NCBI GenBank assembly: GCA_023213395.1
Contig: CM041465.1
Coordinates: 103,051,741 to 103,115,740 of the forward strand
DNA from: Cycas panzhihuaensis
Lineage: Eukaryota; Plantae; Cycadophyta
Direction of reading: 5' to 3'
DNA length: 64,000 nt
A model generated the notes under the pieces. It did no database searches. It was not told the DNA's origin and worked only from the letters and a program-made list of their open reading frames with translations. Below are positions 1-11,356 of this stretch, in pieces. Position 1 is the first letter of the stretch. Each line of letters begins with the position of its first letter. Position numbers and translations under genes: made by a program.

Positions 1-1329
1 AACCTCTTTGAGTAACTACTATTGTGGAGCACTAATAGGTACATATAAATGGATAAGTTTATAGAGGAGATAATTTTTAAGATGATAATCCAAAAAAGGT
101 TTGAGATTGATTTGGGTGGGTTGAGATAAAGTAGTCATGATAGGTCCAAATTAGGGATTAAAAGGAAACAAATGTTGCCATTTAGAATATGTATTGAAAG
201 TAGTATTTAGGAAGGTGGATAAGGTTTGGATGGGAGGATGATTGAGAAAATCAACTACTTTATTGGAAATAATTTTTTTATATTTAATCAAAAGTTGAAA
301 TTACTAAATGTAAGAGATCCATTTGAGATGTCGATGCTCCTAGATTTTGGATTGGGAATTGAGAAATTAGAGAGGTTGGTGGTCGATATAAATAATAGTT
401 TCTTTGCCAAGGAGAAAATGTCACAAATGATGGAGTTCTTGAATAAGGATATAAAATTATTTATTATAAGTACTATAATTAAGTTTGGCTTAAGAAAATA
501 TTTCAGAATGATAAGTGATTAGATGCCCTTCTTACTTAAGAATAACGCCAAGGGTAAATTAGGAAGCATCAGTCTCTAGTTCAAAGGGTTGAGTGAGATT
601 AGGGAGGTAAAGGATAGGTATGGTACATAGGGTAGATTTTAGTTTTTGAAAAGTGTTTTTTATAGAAGGTTTCTAAACAAAACTTGTTGTACTTTTAGTA
701 AGAATGTTAAGAGGATGTGTAATACTAGAAAAGTAGGAAATAAATTTCCTATAAAAGTTTACATTACCATGAAAACTTTTGAGCTCAGTGAGAGTAAAAG
801 ATGTAGGCCAATTTATGAATATTTTGTAGACTGACATGAATGACATCCTCATAAATGATGAATCTGAGACAGGAGATAGATTTTTATGCAAAAAAATATT
901 TCTTGAATTTGGCTTTGAGTTGATACTATCGTAACAAAGCCATGACAGTGTCGACATGTTGAAAATGCACATCTAAATTATTGTTGAAGATCAAAATGTC
1001 ATCGAGATAAGCAATGATGAATTTGCCTAAGTGGGGCAAAAAATGTCATTGGTAAGTCACATGAAAATGGTAGGAGCATTAGTTAAGCCAAAATGCATGA
1101 CCAACCATTCATAAAAGTCACTTTGAGTATTAAAGGCTATTTTCCAAGTGTTATGAGCTTTAGCCTAAACTTCATGATGCCTAAAGGCCAAATCATTTTT
1201 AATAATATATTTGGTTACTTTGAGATGATTCAACAAATTATCAATACATGGAAGTAGGTATTAATTTTTGATAGTGATTTTGTTAAGAGCTTGGTAATTA
1301 ATGCATATATGTCATTCTTTATCTTTTTT

Positions 1330-1331
<2 letters not shown>
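1..1331 (-). pseudogene. Degenerate Ty3/gypsy pol fragment (RT - RNase H - start of integrase), running off the window start
   Basis: Minus-strand translation gives HICINYQALNK (CVDYRALN-like, ~1285-1312), YLLPCIDNLL (~1230-1260), IIAYLDDILIF (RT YxDD, ~990-1020) and PFELETDAS (RNase H, ~565-590). The order RT-RH-INT is gypsy. Many stops and frameshifts. Confidence 0.9.

Positions 1332-1373
<42 letters not shown>
1332..1373. repeat. (TA)n microsatellite at the truncation point of the gypsy RT
   Basis: Direct sequence. Confidence 0.95.
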
Positions 1374-1376
<3 letters not shown>

Positions 1377-2005
1377 GCCCAAAATTAGAAATTTAGAAGA
1401 CAAAAAAGAATTTTTGGAAAAAAAAAAACTTAATTTTTGTTAGAAGGTATGGTTCTATAAGGTTATACAATTGTATGGAATTATATGGTCAAAAAATAAA
1501 AATGGTCTCAAATTAAAGGTTTTTTAGTCACTTATCTAGATTTGTAGTTGGTTTCTTGATCAAAGGTCTAGTTTTCAAGAAAATGGCTTTGGAATAAATA
1601 TGGGCAACTATGGTTTGAAAGTACATTTTAATTGTATAAAAGAAATATAGAATTTAATGCAGTAAACTTATACTTAAAAGAAAGATCTGGTCATAACAAA
1701 GAGATTAAGACTAGTTTTGAAGAGTTTTCTTAAGAATTTAGAGAGAAATTTACAGATGAAGTCTCAAATAAGCACCCTTTTTTTTTTTTCTGATCTGCCA
1801 CATTTCAAGTGCAAATTTGGTGATGCTCCTTTGGGATAGATTGACATATGTACCATTGCACACCTTTTGGTAAATTTCTATCAAATTTTGAGTGCTTTAT
1901 TTTTTTGGTGTTGGTCTGTATAGTTCCTTACAGTGGTTGTACAACTATCTGTACACCTCTGTAGACCCTAAAAAAAAAAAAAAAAGATCATAAGTATCTA
2001 ACCTA

Positions 2006-2017
2006 ACTTTGATACCA
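2006..2017 (-). promoter_or_regulatory. tRNA-iMet primer-binding site of an older minus-strand LTR element (its LTR begins ~2022)
   Basis: actttgatacca is the reverse complement of TGGTATCAAAGT; it is followed after AAAA by TG. Confidence 0.65.
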
Positions 2018-2164
2018 AAAATGATATGTCTACATATTTATACTCATTTTCTCTTCGTGGAATTCTAATAAGGAAGTACCTTTAAGCCTTGTATATATGC
2101 AAAAATTATAGACATAAATCAGGTAAGAGGAAGAGGAGGAATGAATAACTTCTTTCTTTATTGA

Positions 2165-2557
2165 TGTTAATGTTATACCCTAATGTTATTCTTTTATTAT
2201 TTAATTAGTTTATTATGTTATTACAAAAGTTTGGTGATTTGGCCAACTATCCAAACCAACGAAGTTCTCTACCATTTATTCGAGAACCTTTAACACATTG
2301 GGTGGCTGGAAGATTGGGGTAACATGATCTCATTGGTATGTAGGTAGAAGGTTCTATTCAGTAAGAAAGGGAGGATGAGATTCCCAACCTGCTCCCATGT
2401 ATATTCATTATTATTATGTTAATATTATACTTATTTAGAGGTGGTTTTTTATCCCCTAAAGGGATTTTCCAACTGCCAGATCTGGTGCACCTGTGTGTCT
2501 TGCTGAATGGATTGCTTTAATTTATATTGAGTTATTATATGTACCCTCTCTCTAACA
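2165..2557 (+). repeat. 5' LTR of copia element
   Basis: TGTTAATG...CTAACA; direct repeat of 10801-11194. Confidence 0.95.
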
Positions 2558-5500
2558 TGGTATTAGAGTAAGGTCTACTAGTGCCTTTTAGTAATTAATA
2601 TGGAGATGAAAACTAGAATATAAATTAAAGAAACCAAAGTAGAAGATGCGTTATAATCGTCACGTAGAGGAGATAGAAAAAACATCAATAAAGAAGATGT
2701 CATTAATGTCCACTAAGCTTCATGACGCCTTAAAGTCAAAAGAGCAACTGTGCTTCTTGGCATATCAGTGCATACTAGAAAGCCTACCCACACTGACACT
2801 TAAAACTTGTTTAGTTGACTTGCTTCTGGCAAGAGAGACATCAATTAGGAGCTTGAGGAGGAGGCTGCATAGAACAGGAAGATGGAGTAGCAGTTGTATC
2901 TAAGCAAACCCTATGCAACACATCCTAGCATGAAGAGAGAAACATAGCTCTTGGAAGCAGTTCTAGTCACAAACTATCTCAGTCTGCTACCTTCACAAAT
3001 ATGGCTGCCTTTCTTGCAACACTTTAAACAATGAACGCAAAACCTCAAGATGGAGAAATAGAGAAGAGTTAATGCCATGGATCATTAAAGCTCGAAAGAA
3101 GGTCATCTGCAAACACTGGTGCTATGAGATACAAGATGTGAATAGAGTTTAATTGTGCAAATGATGAAGCTACGGTTCTGTGAGAGACAAAGGATGAAGC
3201 TACATGCCATTACCAGCCCCTGCCAGATGTCCACCATCTTCTAGATGGATAAATGAATATGTAACACCTGAGACAAGAGAAGATATGCCAACACAAAGAT
3301 GACCAACATAAGCCATTAACATTAGACGCGACAACATAAGTCATTAACAATGATAATAGTGAGACGACCGATAACAGTGGGATGGAGAGACAACCAACCA
3401 CCCTGCAAATAATGATAATAACATTAAAATCCTTGGCCCACTGCTAGAAAGAACACTCTATTTGTCTTTGGTAAAACTTGATTAGGGTTCCATCAGAATA
3501 GTTAGATTCCAAATATCCTAAATGTAAAAGCCTTTTAATTATATTTTGAATTTGCCCACATATTCTATTATTTATTTTTTTCTAAATTTTGCATTAATAA
3601 AAAACTAAATTGAATCATTGTTTTAGGTCCATAAGTCCTTGAGCCCCCAGCCTGCCAGCTACCTAGTCTCATCACCATCCTATATGACCTGACCCTATTA
3701 TGAAAAGGGTCTAAAATACCAATTTCCTTTTTTTATTTTATTATTTCTTAAGTAAAAAGGGGGTACCTATGATTTTTTTCCTATAACTTCCTCATACAGA
3801 GTTAGAATCCAATTTTGTAAGAAACATCATATCCCTGACTCAAAAGTGGATATTTTGACTAGTCTTTCAAGTTTTTTAGATGCCATTTTAATCAACAAAT
3901 CCTTGTTCGACGTTAACTCTTCATTTTCATCCTGGTAAGTTCATGTACATATGTCTAACTCTTAATTTTCTTCATATTCTTACTTTATTGTAATATACAA
4001 TTGACTTTTTTTCAAATTTATCAAGTAATAACATTATTTATCTATGCCTTTTTAATAAATTCATGAACTTTGTTAAATCATTATTTCTTTTTTTTTTTTA
4101 ATGCAAATGATGTTATAAACATGTAACACTTAATTACCTCATTTAATTTATGATTTATTTTACGTCACTAATATGCAACTGTCATATACTTGATTTGTTT
4201 TCATAAATATTTGATTAAAAATCTTATATTTCTTGATTAATAATTATAAAACTTTTAATATCAATGAAATTATTTTTTGTTAATGGCTAATTAAGTTAAA
4301 GATTACTTTAATGTTCAATGTCTATCAATGAATTTATTTTTATGATTTATTCACTTTATTCACCTACAATTTTAGTCAAACTATTATAACCTCTTCAGTT
4401 TTCCTCCAAGAGGATCTCTAATCGTCGATTTTGTTCCCAATATGGCACTTATACTAGGGATAACCACTTATGTACCAATTCTAGTATTAACTGGCTCTAA
4501 TTATGCTAACTAGAAAAATAGAATATTCCATCATCTTAAACAATAAAAGATATGGCGATATATTACAGGAGAGTTTACAAAACCTAAATATGAAACATCA
4601 GAAGCTTATATAGTCTATCTAATAAAATGTGATAGAGCCCTAGGTACCATCCTAACCTCCCTCTCCCTAGACATTAGCAGGCAGTTCTATGAAACAAATG
4701 ATCTTGCCATTGTCTGGAAAACTCTTAAGGAAAAGTATAACAAGGTTGACACACAATAGTTAGCTACTTTAGAACAATAAATGTATGATCTAAATTATCA
4801 AGATTTTCCTAAAGTTGAAGATTTCGTATCAAAGCTCCAACTCATTAATAAAGACCTAGTAAATTGTATCAAATATTCCACAAAAGTAAGTGATAAAGTA
4901 GTCATTATAACACATGTAAAAGATAACAATACACTTGTTTGTCTTACAATTAATAAACTCCCAAAACATTTCAATATTTTCAAAACTACTAGGCAACAAG
5001 CATGACATCCACCAATTACTTTTGATTAATTAACAAATCAACTAGTTGAATATCAAAACATGTTGATTCAGAATGGAAAATTAAAAGACCCTTCACAAGA
5101 TCTTTTTTCCAAGTCACAACCAATTACTAAATCTAAACATCAAAATAACTATCAAACTAATCATCATCATCATCCCAAATCCCAAAAACCTCATAGAGGC
5201 TCATCTACTCAAAATAATCCTCATCATAACATTAAGTATTCTAGATTACAGAAATCTCATAATACCTCTAAATAGTCATTCCCAAAAAGGAATACTATCA
5301 ATACTAATCCTAATCAGAATATCAACTATGCTACTGTCACAAAAATGGGTACACCATTGATGTGTATAGGAATAGAATTACCTCTGAAGCCTGGAAAGCT
5401 TCTAAGGGGATCTAATCATGATCCCATAATTTTGATCATTCCCTAACTGCTTCATCAACTTTTTTAGCACTAACCAATCAACCACCTTTGTGAATTCTTG

Positions 5501-8498
5501 ATTCAGGTGCTTCCGATCATATGACGGGGCACTAAGAATACCTTGGTTCATATTAGTCTAATTCAAACTCTAAAAAAGAAATCTCTTTTGGGAGTGGAAC
5601 CCAACTCAAAGTCAAAGGAACATATGATGTTACTTTAAAAGATGGTTCAATTAAGGACATATTCTATGTTCCCAGCTTATTACATAATCTCCTCTCAGTA
5701 TATCAAATCTGCTAGAGAGATCTTATTGTAGAATTCTAGAAAGATAAATTTATTATTAAATAACTATCAAATAAATTTAAATTAATTGTCTGAGGACCTG
5801 TAGATCACAAAACATGTCTTTATAGCTTAACAAATCTCCAATATTCTAAAACAAAAACTTTTAGTATATTTATAGTCAAATCTGACCCAATCAGTAAACT
5901 TTGGCATGCTCAATCTGGTCATGCGAGTTATGGAAAACTCTAGTACCTAAGTAATTATAATATGGTTCATGGCTTACCTACATTAAAACCTATCTATAAT
6001 GTTTATGAAACCTGCGTCACAGGCAAACAACACATGGACCATTTCCCAAATCATACTACCTTTCGAGTAAAGACTCAACTTGAACTTATTAATTCTGATA
6101 TCTGTAGTCAATTCTAAGTATCTTCGTACTCTGGAAGTAGATATTTTATTATATTTATCGATGATTTCTCTAGAATATGCTGGGTATACATGCTAAAAAT
6201 AAAAAGTCAAGTATTTGACATTTTTATTGAATTCAAAACCTTAGTTAAAAACTAAACAAACTCTAAAATCAAAATTTTCAGAACAAACAATACTAAGGAA
6301 TACTTAAGCAATAATTTTACTGATTACTACAAAAAGCATAGAATATAATTCCAATATTCTGTAGCATATACTTTTTAACAAAATGGTGTTGCTAAATGCA
6401 AAAATTATACACTTGTTGAGATGACTAGATGCATGTTATATGCAAAAGATCTTGACTTAAAATTATGGGTAGAAGCTATTACTTGGTCCAATTATTTATT
6501 AAATCTCTTACCATGCAAATCTTTATAAAATATTATGCTAGAACAAAAATGGTCTGGGTGTAAACCTTCTATTACATATTTAAGAGTCATTAGCAATATT
6601 GTCTGGGGGCATGTTCTTAAAGAAAAATGATAGAAACTTGATCCTAAAAGTTTCAAATACATCTTTGTTGTTTACATCGAAGAAAGTAAATCTTACAAAC
6701 TATTAAATCCAACCATGCATAAGATTTCAATACTATGTCATATTATATTTAATGAAGAAGGTTCTTTATCAAAAACTTCTTATGTAGAACTACTAGTTGA
6801 AAATCTATTGACTAATACTCACTTAATTGATACCAGAGATATACAAGCTGATCCAAAATCAATTGAGTCCTTATCTACTCAAATTCAAAATTAGACTTTA
6901 AAAGAATTAACCACCTCTACTTCATTTAGTCAGCCTACTTCACCAAAACATCAACCCAATACTAGAAAACAACCTATTTGGGCTTAGAAAACTCTTTCTG
7001 ATGCTAGTTCTAATGTTGGTAATCCTTTGGATATCAGAATAACTCATTCCTAAAAGCTTTAAGCTAATTTTACTCTAATGGCCAAAGTCATGGCTAATGA
7101 TAATCCCAAAACTTTTAAATAAGCAAGCAACAATCCCATATAGCAACAAGCCATGCAAGTTGAAATAAATACTCTTAAAAAGAATGCAACTTGGGATTTA
7201 GTTACTTTAGCTCCTAGAATGAATGTCGTATATTACAAATGGGTTTATCAAACTAAGTTTAACTCTAAAGGAGGAGTTGAAAAACATAAAACTCGTTTAT
7301 AACAAAAGGTTTTTCACAAATTGATGGTATTGATTATATTGAAACCTTTGCTCTAATGGCTAAAATAAATACGATTAAAACTATCATAGCTCTGGCAGCA
7401 AAATTTGGTTGAAAAATTAATCAGATGGATGTTAAGAACGCCTTCTTAAATGACGATCTTAAAGAAGAAATCTACATGAATCAACCTCCTAGATTTATTT
7501 GTAATCATAATCTTGTTTGTGAATTAAGAAAATCTATCTATGGCTTAAAATAAGCTCCTTGAGCTTGGTACACAAAGATAGATGATTATCTTATATAAAA
7601 TGAATACACTAAATGTATTAGTAATCATAATCTTTACTTAATACACAAAAATGACAATATTACCATCTTGATTCTCAAAGTAGATGATATAATCACTACT
7701 AGATCCTTACTCTCTAGTATTCATCAATTAAAATTAATCTTAATAAATAAATTTGAAACGTTTAACTTAGGTCATTTACATTATTTTCTAGGATTATAAA
7801 ATTATCAAACTAATTCTAAAATAACAATATCTCAACCTAAATACATTCTAAGCTTGATCAAACATTTTAATATAGAAAATGCTAAATTAGCTCCAAATCC
7901 TTTATAACTAGGTATAAAACTATCCACTGATTGTCCCATACCACTTTGTGATCCTACAACATATTGATAGCTCATATGTAGTCTCATTTACCTAACTCAC
8001 ACCTGCCCCGATATCTCCTATGCTATTGCTTTATGCTCTAGATATATGAAAATTCCTCATGAATCTCACTGGAAAACAACTAAATAGATTTTAAGATACT
8101 TATAAGGTATAACATTCTATGGCCTAATGTAACGAACATATTCTTGTTACCATTCAACATAGAGAAATAGAAATAGAAATTGATAGATAAAAGATAAAGA
8201 AGAAGATGAAGTTCCAAAGATCATTCATTAACATAAGATTACAAAATACATCATGATAATCTCCTTATACATTATATACATATATATAGAGCAATTAAGG
8301 CTGCCCATCTCTTAAACTTATGCATGTGGGATAAATACAATATGAGTAACCTCATATGGTGGAGGATCATAACATGCCTTCCCCCTTAAAAGTGTTTCAC
8401 CCTCGAAGCATCCTGATTTAATGACCATCTCTTGTTATTATTCTTCAATCGATAACTCTTATGAATGTTGGCAAAAAAGTTGTGCATGAAATAAGGAT

Positions 8499-8921
8499 CT
8501 ATCCATCCCAAGTTAATCTTGATACACCCTGAATATCCTTTAATATACTCTGGATATCTATAATGTTGAAACCATAAGCTCGAATGTTGTTCTTGCCTAG
8601 TGTTTGTAATAGATGAATGCCTTGCTTGATAAGGTTTGTTGCGTTGGGCCTCTTGATAATGTGGATGCCGATATGGTTCCACTTTAGTTTGCCTTCAACT
8701 ATTTGTGATGCCTTTTGTTTCTTATCCTTAGGTGCCACTGGTGGTGTGGGGTTGTAAATAACTTCTATTACTTGCTCTTTAGTTTGTCCCTCTATTATTG
8801 GTAATGTCTTTTCTTTCTTGTCCTTGGGTACGGCCGATGGTGTGGGATGGCAAACAATTTCTATTATCTGCTCTTGACATTCTTCATAATCTTTCTTTTG
8901 TTCTTGACATTGTGGAGTCAA
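8499..8921 (-). pseudogene. Probable Gag C-terminal extension with two 32-aa repeats
   Basis: ORF track shows EQIIEIVCHPTPSAVPKDKKEKTLPIIEG / EQVIEVIYNPTPPVAPKDKKQKASQIVEG. It lies downstream of the Gag ORF on the same strand. Confidence 0.5.
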
Positions 8922-9009
8922 GAGAATTCCTTATTCCACACTATGATTATACTTCTCAAATATTTGTCATGTTTCTTATTTGTTTTGTTCAAGACTTTGT
9001 ATCTCTTTC

Positions 9010-9273
9010 TCACCACGAATCATTATATTTCTTACGAAGAGCTAGTTCTAGCCAATAAAATGTATTAAAGAGATGATCTGGGTCATACCAATATTTAAAC
9101 CAAAGATAAGCCTCTCCTTGTAGATATAATGAGGCTACTATAGTCATCTCCTTATTGTGTATGCAGTTATCATCAAGTGATTTTAAATATACATCCATAT
9201 CTTTAACCCAATCTTTTATAGAAAGAGTCCCATCCACATTAAAGATGCGTGGTATGGGCCTTTTTGTAGCCAT
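9010..9273 (-). pseudogene. Ty3/gypsy-type Gag capsid N-terminal fragment
   Basis: WVKDMDVYL...EMTIVASLYLQGEAYLWF matches the retrotransposon-gag pattern W..ME.YF...V..ASL.L.G.A..WW. Confidence 0.75.
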
Positions 9274-10800
9274 GATAATGTGGATACAAGAGAGATTAGG
9301 GGTGTCTATAGTATGTTATCCCCTAATTTTGATATAAAATTATATATTAGGCCTCACGAGTAATGGTTTTGAGACCACACTCTTAATGGCTAAGAAAATA
9401 TAGTATGGAACCCTCAATTTCAAAAAAAAAAAATTCTAAAAAAAATATAGCTAAAAATATATATAAAATATGGAGTATAATGATAGCCTTTGAAATACAA
9501 TTCCAATGGTATAAACGAAATTGAATTCTGATATCTAGATAAAAAATTATGCCCCTTTTAAGAATTTCACTGTTAGGGTTTTTATAGGCTAAAATAGTAC
9601 TTATTGATAAAATACTAATAACTTTTTACTTTAAACTCTGATGAACCTCAAACTATTTCCATTGGAAAGTAAATTAAAAAACACACATAATAAAAAAAAA
9701 ATTGAGGTCATTTGGATACTTGTAGCAAAAGTTATGGCTCTTTGAAGTTGAGGTTGTAGATCTATCCTAGAATTATGATGACAAAAAAAATACAGGCTAA
9801 AATTAATTTTGCTGCAATTGTTACACTTCCATCCCAAAATCTATAGTTCAACCACTCAAAATTTATAGAACGAGCTATTTCATCTCAATTTTGCCATTAC
9901 TTAGAATTTTCAACGTTTATTTTCTTGAAGATGCTTTCAAACCCTTGATGACACCTCCAAGGTCGCTGCTCTAATACCAATTGTAACAAACATATTCCTG
10001 TTACCATTCAACATAGAGAAATAGAAATAGAAAATGATAGATAAAAGATAAATAAGAAGATGAAGTTCTAAAGAACATTCATTAATATAAGATTACAAAA
10101 TACATCATGATGATCTCCTTATACATTATATACATATATATGGGGCTATTAAGGCTACCTATCTCTTAGACTTATGCATATGGGATAAATGCAATACGAG
10201 TAACCTCATATGGTGGAGGATCATAACATGTCCTCCCCCCTAGAAATAACCTAAAATTAATAAGTTACATAAACTTAGATTAGGTAGAAGGCTCTGATAA
10301 CCATAAATCTATAGTCAGTTATATTTTCTTTTTAGACTCACCAATTACTTGGTCCAGAAAAAAGATGCAAGACTTAACCTTATCTACAACTGAAGCTGAA
10401 TATCAAGCTCTTATTAAATCTAGTAAAGAATCACTCTAGATTAAATCCCTTTTAAATGAGCTTGGTTTATTTTCTAACTCATCCATTAAATTTCATGTTG
10501 ATAATCAAGAAGCCATATCTATTGCTACTAATCCTGTTGCACATTTAAGGATAAAACATATAGAATTACATCAATATTTTATATGTAATCTTGTAAATGA
10601 TGAAACTATTCGCTTGTCTTATTATCTTACAAATGTGCATATTGCATATATTCTTATAAAGCTATTGACTAAAGTTAAAATTTTAAAGCTTAGAGATTTA
10701 TTGAATATTAAAGAAGTCTCCATAAAAGGGGGATTAATATGCTGAAGTCTTCTTCATCTTTTATATTATATATTGTATAAAATATAACATTAAAAGGGGA

Positions 10801-11194
10801 TGTTAATGTTATGCCCTAATGTTATTATTTTATTATTTAATTAGTTTATTATGTTATTACAAAAGTTCAGTGATTTAGCCAACTATCCAAATCAATAAAC
10901 TTCTCTTCCATTTATTCTACAATCTTTCACACATTGGGTGGCTGGAAGATTAGGGTAATAAGATCCCCTTAGTATGTAGGTAGAAGGTTCTATTCAATAA
11001 GAGAGGAAGGATGAGATCCTTAACCTACTCCCATATATATTCATTATTGTTATGTTAATATTATACTTATTTCAGAGGCAGTTTTTTATCCCCTAAAGGG
11101 GTTTTCCACCTGCCAGATCTGGTGCACTTGTGTGTCTTATTGAATGGATTGCTTTAATATATATTGAGTTATTGTATGTACTCTCTCTCTAATA
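10801..11194 (+). repeat. 3' LTR of copia element
   Basis: Direct repeat of 2165-2557; terminal CA has decayed to TA. Confidence 0.95.
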
Positions 11195-11356
11195 ATTGAT
11201 TTCCCTAAAAAATAACTTATATATTTATACAAACTTAAGTTGATTTGTATATAGGATACATAAAAAACCTAAAGAACATTACAAATATTAAAACTATATG
11301 TTAGGACTACATATAAATATTCATCATTGAGCCTTATATGGATAATGTATATGATT

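Larger units (their letters stand above)
8128..10228 (-). mobile_element. Nested non-autonomous LTR element encoding Gag only (TR-GAG-like)
   Basis: Direct repeats 8128-8374 and 9982-10228 (TG..CA). PBS reverse complement gctctaatacca 9968-9979; PPT reverse complement tgccttccccct 8375-8386. Gag ORF but no pol motifs; it splits the host RT/RNase H junction. Confidence 0.9.
4442..10738 (+). pseudogene. Copia gag-pol pseudogene, interrupted by a nested element at 8128-10228
   Basis: LTGSNYAN* (gag N-terminus), *ILDSGASDHMT (protease ~5490), KLWHAQSGH (GAG-pre-integrase ~5897), [11 protein letters not shown] and QNGVAKCKN (integrase), [17 protein letters not shown] and [14 protein letters not shown] (RT), STTEAEY and KHIELH (RNase H). 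Numerous in-frame stops. Confidence 0.93.
2165..11194 (+). mobile_element. Full-length degenerate Ty1/copia LTR retrotransposon
   Basis: LTRs at 2165-2557 and 10801-11194 (~90% identical by eye). Perfect TSD ATTGA (2160-2164 / 11195-11199), PBS TGGTATTAGAG 2558-2568, PPT AAAAGGGGA before 10801, and copia domain order. Confidence 0.96.

Noticed and set aside
226-834. Plus-strand ORFs 226..522 and 646..834 as genes
   Set aside because: They are antisense shadows of the minus-strand gypsy pol.
2558-2568. tRNA gene fragments (this and other TGGTATCAGAGC matches)
   Set aside because: They are 11-12-nt PBS complements adjacent to LTRs, with no cloverleaf.
2646-2903. 85-aa ORF as a host gene
   Set aside because: It lies within the copia leader and has no recognisable domain or splice structure.
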